Positions 29,072-34,231 of a DNA stretch of 34,231 nucleotides are shown piece by piece. The notes under the pieces were generated by a model. That model ran no database searches and had not been told where the DNA came from. It worked only from the letters and a program-made list of their open reading frames with translations. The position numbers and the translations under genes are program-made. Origin of the DNA: Candidatus Bathyarchaeia archaeon. GTDB taxonomy: Archaea > Thermoproteota > Bathyarchaeia > Bathyarchaeales > Bathycorpusculaceae. The stretch lies in NCBI GenBank assembly GCA_038883855.1, contig JAVZLH010000012.1, forward strand, positions 1 through 34,231, read 5' to 3'. Position 1 is the stretch's first letter. Every line of letters starts with the position of its first letter.

Positions 29072-29192
29072 TGGTGCGGGGGGTGGGATTTGAACCCACG
29101 GAGGCCTACGCCAGAGGATCTTAAGTCCTCCCCCTTATCTTAGGCTTGTCTGGCACCCAACACCTATTTAGACCTAGCTCGGGTACCCCCGC
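29072..29192 (-). tRNA. tRNA-Leu(TAA) with 33-nt intron at non-canonical position 22/23 (intron 29135-29167), CCA encoded
   Basis: GCGGGGG acceptor stem, GAGGA-CTTAAGA-TCCTC anticodon arm, long variable arm; BHB-like GTCT/AGAT helix with AAA and AAG bulges and TAGG/CCTA intron stem. Confidence 0.93.
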
Positions 29193-29279
29193 AATTCCTC
29201 TTTTTGAAAGAGTCTTAGATTGTTTTAAGTCTTTCTAGATATATTTAAGTTGGAATTTGATTTATCTAATTACCGTTAT

Positions 29280-29354
29280 GGGCGGGTAGCCTAGTACGGA
29301 TAGGGCGCAAGCCTCCTAAGCTTGTGGTCGTGGGTTCAAATCCCACCCCGCCCG
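29280..29354 (+). tRNA. tRNA-Arg(CCT), CCA not encoded
   Basis: GGGCGGG/CCCGCCC acceptor stem, CAAGC-CTCCTAA-GCTTG anticodon arm, GGTTCAAATCC. Confidence 0.96.
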
Positions 29355-29379
29355 TTTCAGAATGAACCCTACCCGCACG

Positions 29380-29565
29380 CTACTTACGTTTTCTGAATAG
29401 CATTACGCCGTCGGTGGCTGTGCAGACGTATTCGAAGCCTGCCTCTATAAGTTGCTGTGCTTCTTTAGATGTTGTGGCGGCTTTGCAGACGAACTCGTCA
29501 TCCTTGAAATCGACTAGCTGCGTGTATATTGGCGTGTTTTTGATGTTTTTGTGGCCGAGCATTCG
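29380..29565 (-). pseudogene. Tyrosine recombinase/integrase C-terminal remnant
   Basis: RMLGHKNIKNTPIYTQLV...LIEAGFEYVC...FRKRK*; stop codon 25 nt from the tRNA-Arg 3' end. Confidence 0.82.
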
Positions 29566-29569
29566 CTTT

Positions 29570-29801
29570 CCAATGGCGAAAAGTATGAGCGCATCCATTG
29601 AATTTTGTAGGCGCTCATGCCGGTATCAGCTTAGACAGGCATCCAATAAATAGGCTTGAGGTTATGGTGCCTTTAGCTGGAGAAAAGTTTGATAATAATG
29701 GAAGACTAATCGATGAGAAAACTCGGGCAAAGATTCAAGTTTTGTTAGAAAGTCTTGTTGCGTAGACTAGAAAACTGAAATGTTTAAAAGAAGAATTATG
29801 A
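29570..29801 (+). pseudogene. NAD(P)H-dependent FMN reductase (ChrR/SsuE-like) C-terminal remnant
   Basis: Manual translation: MSASI..YQLRQ / HPINRLEVMVPLAGEKFDNNGRLIDEKTRAKIQVLLESLVA*TRKL. Confidence 0.7.
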
Positions 29802-29824
29802 CCCGCTGGATGCATTATGCTGAT

Positions 29825-30127
29825 GGCCATGATTAAAATTGGTTTGCTCCAAAAAGATGACCTACATCATGTTCATTAATCCAAAAATTGAAAAGTCGAC
29901 CAGCCGCCTGGTCACAATATAAAATCGTTCACCTAATGTCACGCAATATTCCGACTGCTTTTAAGTCCTTCTCACAATTTTCGTATGTTCCGGAATCTTC
30001 TAAAATTTTCTTAAAGAATTTTGAATCTCTGTAAATTTCCGCGGCCCTTTGTCATATTTTTAGAAGCTTATCATTAAAACTTTCTGTTTCTCAGTAAACG
30101 CTCAAAGTTCAGGGGTTCATAAACTAT
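29825..30127 (-). pseudogene. Fe/Mn superoxide dismutase pseudogene, paralog of the gene at 33783
   Basis: YEPLNFERLL / FNDKLLKNMTK / KKILEDSGTYENCEKDLKAVGILRDIR*TILYCDQAAGRLFNFWINEHDVGHLFG aligns to the intact SOD in this window. Confidence 0.85.
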
Positions 30128-30198
30128 TATCCCTAAAATCTTTCGCAATTTAATTCGTCTCTTTTCGTATTTGTTATTTTCGCAGTTTACATTATTCC

Positions 30199-30702
30199 CT
30201 AGAATTCCCTAAATTTCTCCTTGGATGCCCAACATACTGGGCATCTGCTCGGCGCTTCGTCCTCCACAGTGTACCCGCATATGTCACAGATGTAGATTGG
30301 ACCGAGTTTAATGTCTTTGCCTTCCTCAACCGCTTGCTTGGCTTTTTTATACATGCCTGCATGCACTTTTTCTGCTTGAAGCGCCCACTCGGTGGTTCTC
30401 TGGGCTCCTTTTTCCTTTTGAAGTTTCGCTACCGCATTGTACGCGGGGTACATTTCATTCACTTCGTAGGTTTCGCCGTCTATGGCAGCTTGAAGATTAT
30501 CGGATGAGCCGCGAATCATTCCTAACACATCATAATGGTTTGTCGCATGCACTTGCTCAGCATAAGCTATGGCTCTAAAAAGTCTTGCAACGTTCGGATA
30601 GCCCTCTTCCTCCGCCTTTCTGGCAAAAATCAAATAGCGCATGTGGGCTTGGCTTTCACCTGCAAAGGCGCTTTTCAAGTTATCTTCAGTCATTTTTCTC
30701 AT
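30199..30702 (-). CDS. rbr: Rubrerythrin
   Basis: AFAGESQA..RY, AEQVHA, GETYE..MY, AEKVH; C-terminal CDICG..CPVC; GGTGA RBS before the ATG at 30702. Confidence 0.93.
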   Translation of the reverse strand: MRKMTEDNLKSAFAGESQAHMRYLIFARKAEEEGYPNVARLFRAIAYAEQVHATNHYDVLGMIRGSSDNLQAAIDGETYEVNEMYPAYNAVAKLQKEKGAQRTTEWALQAEKVHAGMYKKAKQAVEEGKDIKLGPIYICDICGYTVEDEAPSRCPVCWASKEKFREF

Positions 30703-30768
30703 TTTATCACCATGTTTATTTTGTTTACAATAATTCGAATGTATTGTCTGAATTAAAAAATTTGTGCA

Positions 30769-30808
30769 CGAAATTCGGTGAAACATTAATTAAAACGTAC
30801 GAAAAACG
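30769..30808 (-). promoter_or_regulatory. Paired Ptr2/Lrp-like sites upstream of the rbr TATA
   Basis: CG-AAATT-CG at 30769-30777 and CG-AAAAA-CG at 30800-30808, 31 bp apart; TATA-like TTTTAATT at 30751-30758. Confidence 0.5.
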
Positions 30809-30845
30809 GGTTACTGAGAACTATTTGCTTAACACCAAAAAGCGT

Positions 30846-32000
30846 TTAATTAGTGTAAATTTCCCTTCTTCTCTTTTCCATTGCTTCTTTGACTCTTGTT
30901 TTAGCGATTCTTAATGCCGCGTCTCTTGACGGGATTTTTGCCTTAGCGGCTTCTCTCAAAACTAAGCGAGTATTCTTAGCTATTCTTTCTTCAACAATTT
31001 CAAACATCTTCCTTGGATTTTCACCTAAGTACTCGGCATAAGAGGATATTACGCCCCCAGCGTTTGCCACAAAATCAGGGACTATCAGAATTCCTTTATC
31101 ATGAAGTATTTTTTCAACCTCTGGTTTAACAGGGATATTGGCAGCTTCAACAACTATTCTTGCTTGAATTTTATCAACATTTTTTTCGTTTATGACATCA
31201 GGTATGGAAGCGGGAACAAGAACTTCTACGGGCAGCTCGAAAAGCTCTTCATTTTTCAAAATTTTTCCAGGCTCATAGTTAATAACAGACTTCGTATCAG
31301 CTTTAATTCGTTTCATTTTTTCATATTCTAATCCTTCAGGGTTGTATATGCAGCCTTTGCTGTCGCTTACTGCAACGATTTTGGCTCCATAATCTGATAG
31401 GTATTTCATTAGGAAGGAGCCTACATTCCCGAAGCCGTCAATGGCTACTCTTGCCTTTTTTAAATCTAAACCAATATGCTCTGAAGCTACTATTGTTGCG
31501 TGAAATACTCCGTAAGCCGTTGAACCGTATTCATGGGGGATTCCACATTTTTCGCCAGGTCGAACACACATATTTGCGGGTTTACCGGTACAAGAATTTA
31601 AGTTGCCATTTGCCATAGCGTAAATCGCCATTTCTTCTTCGCCAGTATTAATGTCTGGACCTGCAATGTACTGGCTTGGAGACAAGGGCTTTATGGCGAT
31701 GGCAAAAGCTCTGATCAAACTAATTTTTTCTTCTTTTGAAATCTTCTTGGGATCTGCAATTATTCCCGATTTTGCTCCTCCAAAAGGTAATTCTGCTAGG
31801 GCGCATTTCCAAGTCATCGTCCTTGCAAGTCTGAAGACTTCCTCCACGTCTACTGTTGGCGTCATTCTTATTCCGCCTTTGCCGGGGCCAAGGGCCGTGT
31901 TGTCGATGACGAGCATTCCCTTCAATTTGTTTTCTGGGTCATAGACTTGTAGAATTTTTTCAGGCCCCCATTCATCTGAAAACCTTTCCATAAATTCCAT
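30846..32000 (-). CDS. gdhA: Glu/Leu/Phe/Val dehydrogenase (probable glutamate dehydrogenase)
   Basis: GPGKGGIR, MTWK, GGAKSG, GPDINT, TAYG, GFGNVG, EAANIP, PDFVANAGGV. Confidence 0.85.
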   Translation of the reverse strand: MEFMERFSDEWGPEKILQVYDPENKLKGMLVIDNTALGPGKGGIRMTPTVDVEEVFRLARTMTWKCALAELPFGGAKSGIIADPKKISKEEKISLIRAFAIAIKPLSPSQYIAGPDINTGEEEMAIYAMANGNLNSCTGKPANMCVRPGEKCGIPHEYGSTAYGVFHATIVASEHIGLDLKKARVAIDGFGNVGSFLMKYLSDYGAKIVAVSDSKGCIYNPEGLEYEKMKRIKADTKSVINYEPGKILKNEELFELPVEVLVPASIPDVINEKNVDKIQARIVVEAANIPVKPEVEKILHDKGILIVPDFVANAGGVISSYAEYLGENPRKMFEIVEERIAKNTRLVLREAAKAKIPSRDAALRIAKTRVKEAMEKRRREIYTN

Positions 32001-32339
32001 TTCCTTTTCTCCTCGCTTTGCTGTTTTACTATTCGTTTTCTCATTACATAAGGTTTAACTATTTAGAAAAGTAGTTATGAAAAGGGAAAGTCTTATGTAT
32101 GAATTCTGAAGAATATGTGCCTTTATGTGAAAAATGTGGTCGACCAATTGGCGATGATAAGTGTATTTGTCCATATTGCGGTGAAACTTTATGTTATGTG
32201 ATTGTGTATTGTAGTTGACAAAACTTGCGTTAGGCAAAGACTTAACCGAAGCAGATTTTAATTGGATGGCGGTGGGCCTCAAAGAAGCGGTATAACTCTT
32301 TTTCCGCAAGTTATAAAAACTGAAGTTGAAGACTTACTG

Positions 32340-32816
32340 ATGGAGATTAAAGTGAAAGTGATTGTTGTTTATGAGTCGAAGTATGGTAATACTAAGCGTG
32401 TAGCGGAGACTATCGTAGAAAGTATGAAAGAAATTGGGACAATCGACATTTCCATTAGTGAACTCAAAGAAATAAACGTCAACACTATTCCCAACTACGA
32501 TGCAATTCTGATTGGTTCACCAAATCATATGGGTGGACCAACAAGAGGTATTAGAGGCTTCATCGACAAGCTTGGTAAGTTGCAACTTGAAGGTAAAAAG
32601 TTCGCAGTTTTTGACACATATATGGGAAAAGACTTTGGAAAAGCCGTAAAAAAGATGGAGAAACAAATAAGAGAAAAAGTTCCGGGGTTAATGCAGATAG
32701 CTTCAGGTTTATCGATAAAAGTCCTTGGAATGAAGGGTCCAATTGCTGAAGGAGAACTTCAAAAATGCAAGGATTTTGGAAAAAAGATAGCAGCTCAACT
32801 TAAATCAAGTTTATAA
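32340..32816 (+). CDS. Flavodoxin
   Basis: YESKYGNT FMN loop, IGSPNH, AVFDT. Confidence 0.88.
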   Translation: MEIKVKVIVVYESKYGNTKRVAETIVESMKEIGTIDISISELKEINVNTIPNYDAILIGSPNHMGGPTRGIRGFIDKLGKLQLEGKKFAVFDTYMGKDFGKAVKKMEKQIREKVPGLMQIASGLSIKVLGMKGPIAEGELQKCKDFGKKIAAQLKSSL

Positions 32817-33208
32817 CGGATACGGTTAAAAAGAAAATCACAGTTTAAGAAACCCTACCAAAAACATAACCTTTGTAGCGTTCTTATGGATGCTTCAATC
32901 CGTTGGAAGATTTACCTTTAAATACCTTAGCGCAATTAAGCCGGGAGGCTTTTAGACATGGAAGCTGCTCCTGAAATTATTTAGACTATAAATTGGATGT
33001 TCTTTGTGTTTGGGATTTTGGGGTTCATAGCCGTTACATAATTACTGCTGATAAGAAATGGGGGTTGGACAACCGTCTTTGTCACTGTTTTAAAAATACT
33101 GTTCCAGCCACAGTTCTTGTTGTCGCGATTTTTAACGGTGGCTTTTATGGTATAATTCCCTGGTTGATTTTCACGTTTGGTAAAAAGTTTGTTAAACCGT
33201 CGTAGGGA

Positions 33209-33637
33209 TTATACTTTTAGTTTTTCTAGAAGTATGGCGGGGCAGATTTTTTTTACACCTTCTATTGTCCCGATTTTCTCAGATATTATTCGTGAAAGTT
33301 CTTTCCCATCTCTCGCCCAGATTTCCGTCATTATCATGTGGTCTCCCGTGGATGTTGCCACGTATTTTGCTTCTGGGATTTTGCAGAGTTTCTCTGCCAC
33401 TTCTAGAAGTTTCGGCGGGTCAACATCCACGCCTATTATTGCAACTGTGTTGTAGCCTATTTTTGATGGTTCGACGATTACTGTGAATTTTCGGATTACT
33501 CCTTCTTTTTGGAGGTTTGCCACCCGCTTCCTTATTGTGGACTCGTTTAGCTTCAGTTTTCTGGCTATTTCCGTGAAGGGCATGCTTCCGTTTTCTTGTA
33601 GTAACGTGAGGATTTTTAGGTCAAGCTCGTCAACCAT
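33209..33637 (-). CDS. lrpA: Lrp/AsnC regulator, Ptr2/LrpA-like
   Basis: [19 protein letters not shown]; C-terminal [16 protein letters not shown]...KKICPAI as recalled for Ptr2/LrpA proteins. Confidence 0.88.
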   Translation of the reverse strand: MVDELDLKILTLLQENGSMPFTEIARKLKLNESTIRKRVANLQKEGVIRKFTVIVEPSKIGYNTVAIIGVDVDPPKLLEVAEKLCKIPEAKYVATSTGDHMIMTEIWARDGKELSRIISEKIGTIEGVKKICPAILLEKLKV

Positions 33638-33654
33638 CCGTGTTTGCCTTCTTG

Positions 33655-33713
33655 TCCGATTTTTGTGGTGATTCGTTATTTATTATCCGATTTTCGGACA
33701 TAAAACTTATAAA
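33655..33713. promoter_or_regulatory. Paired Ptr2/Lrp-like sites plus TATA in the divergent lrp/sod promoter
   Basis: TCCGATTTTTG (core 33657) and perfect palindrome TCCGA-TTT-TCGGA at 33686-33698 (core 33688), 31 bp apart; CTTATAAA at 33706-33713. Confidence 0.65.
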
Positions 33714-33782
33714 GTTCAGACCGATTTATAAGGTTATCGCAAAAGAATAAAATATTAGCATTCCAAAATGGAGGAAACACGC

Positions 33783-34231
33783 ATGTATGAACCGAAAAAT
33801 TTTGACCAACTGTTGGGTTTGAATGGTTTCAGCGACCAGCTTCTAAAAAACCATTTTACGCTTTATCAGGGTTACGTTGCAAACACGAACAAACTGGCAG
33901 ACGCGCTAAACGCAATGTTGAAGGAAGGGAAAATGGGAACGCCAGAATACGCAGAGTTAAAGCGGAGGTTCGGATGGGAATTTAATGGCATGAGGCTTCA
34001 CGAATACTATTTTGGCAATATGACGAAATCCGCTGTGGAATTTGACAAGAACTCAAGTTTAGCCAAAAAGATTGTCGAGGATTTTGGGTCTTTTGAAAGT
34101 TGGGAGAAGGATTTCAGGGCTGCTGGAGCAATGCGGGGCATAGGTTGGGTTATACTCTACTATGACAGTTTTGCTGGGCGTTTGTTTAATGTTTGGGTGA
34201 ACGAGCACGATGTTGGACACCTTTCAGGCGC
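33783..34231 (+). CDS. sod: Fe/Mn superoxide dismutase (ChrC-like subtype), 3'-truncated by window edge; missing from the ORF track
   Basis: MYEPKNF..NHFTLYQGYV..LKRRFGWEFNGMRLHEYYF..DFGSFESW..GIGWV..NEHDVGH; GGAGG RBS. Confidence 0.9.
   Translation, partial: MYEPKNFDQLLGLNGFSDQLLKNHFTLYQGYVANTNKLADALNAMLKEGKMGTPEYAELKRRFGWEFNGMRLHEYYFGNMTKSAVEFDKNSSLAKKIVEDFGSFESWEKDFRAAGAMRGIGWVILYYDSFAGRLFNVWVNEHDVGHLSG

Noticed and set aside
18100-29072. Distal att repeat for an island integrated at tRNA-Leu
   Set aside because: No copy of the tRNA-Leu 3' end found by eye, so no mobile element is called.
29566-29598. N-terminus MDALILFAIGK of the 72-aa ORF as a real small protein start
   Set aside because: Better explained as the antisense strand of the FMN reductase relic.
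30703-30786. N-terminal extension of rubrerythrin in the ORF track (same issue for flavodoxin 32262-32339)
   Set aside because: The extensions cover promoter elements; homology and RBS point to the downstream starts.
32980-33205. 70-aa plus-strand ORF and minus-strand fragment NQPGNYTIKATV, like a surface-protein relic
   Set aside because: Only a short suggestive motif; not supportable.
1-34231. CRISPR array, rRNA, IS transposase, and the many antisense ORFs in the track
   Set aside because: No regularly spaced repeats, rRNA or transposase motifs seen; the antisense ORFs are shadows of well-supported genes.

Overview
Archaeal chromosomal window. The tRNA style, BHB intron, TATA promoters and gene set suggest Bathyarchaeia, which is an inference. 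From 1 to 12 kb are housekeeping and transport genes: a HerA-like ATPase (partial), a Nudix hydrolase, a PadR-led double ABC exporter operon with a frameshifted permease, pyrH, an MBL hydrolase, a Na/Ca antiporter, a HAD hydrolase, ADH synthase/class I aldolase and glyA. From 12.2 to 15.3 kb is a decayed integrative element at tRNA-Gly(GCC). It is bounded by a degenerate direct repeat, carries an integrase remnant, and retains intact AOR and 4Fe-4S genes. From 15.8 to 19 kb are DUF401, azlCD and a SAM methyltransferase. From 19.5 to 28.7 kb is a catabolic cluster: a complete four-part corrinoid methyl-transfer system (RACo activator, MtrH-like, UroD-family methyltransferase, corrinoid protein), a four-subunit 2-oxoacid:ferredoxin oxidoreductase, an amidohydrolase pseudogene and a 2-keto-4-pentenoate hydratase-like gene. 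From 29 to 34 kb are divergent tRNA-Leu(TAA, D-arm intron) and tRNA-Arg(CCT), a second integrase remnant, and pseudogenes of an FMN reductase and a SOD. An oxidative-stress block follows (rubrerythrin, GDH, flavodoxin, Ptr2/LrpA-like regulator, SOD), with paired Ptr2-like operator candidates spaced 31 bp apart. All calls come from reading motifs by eye; no searches were run.
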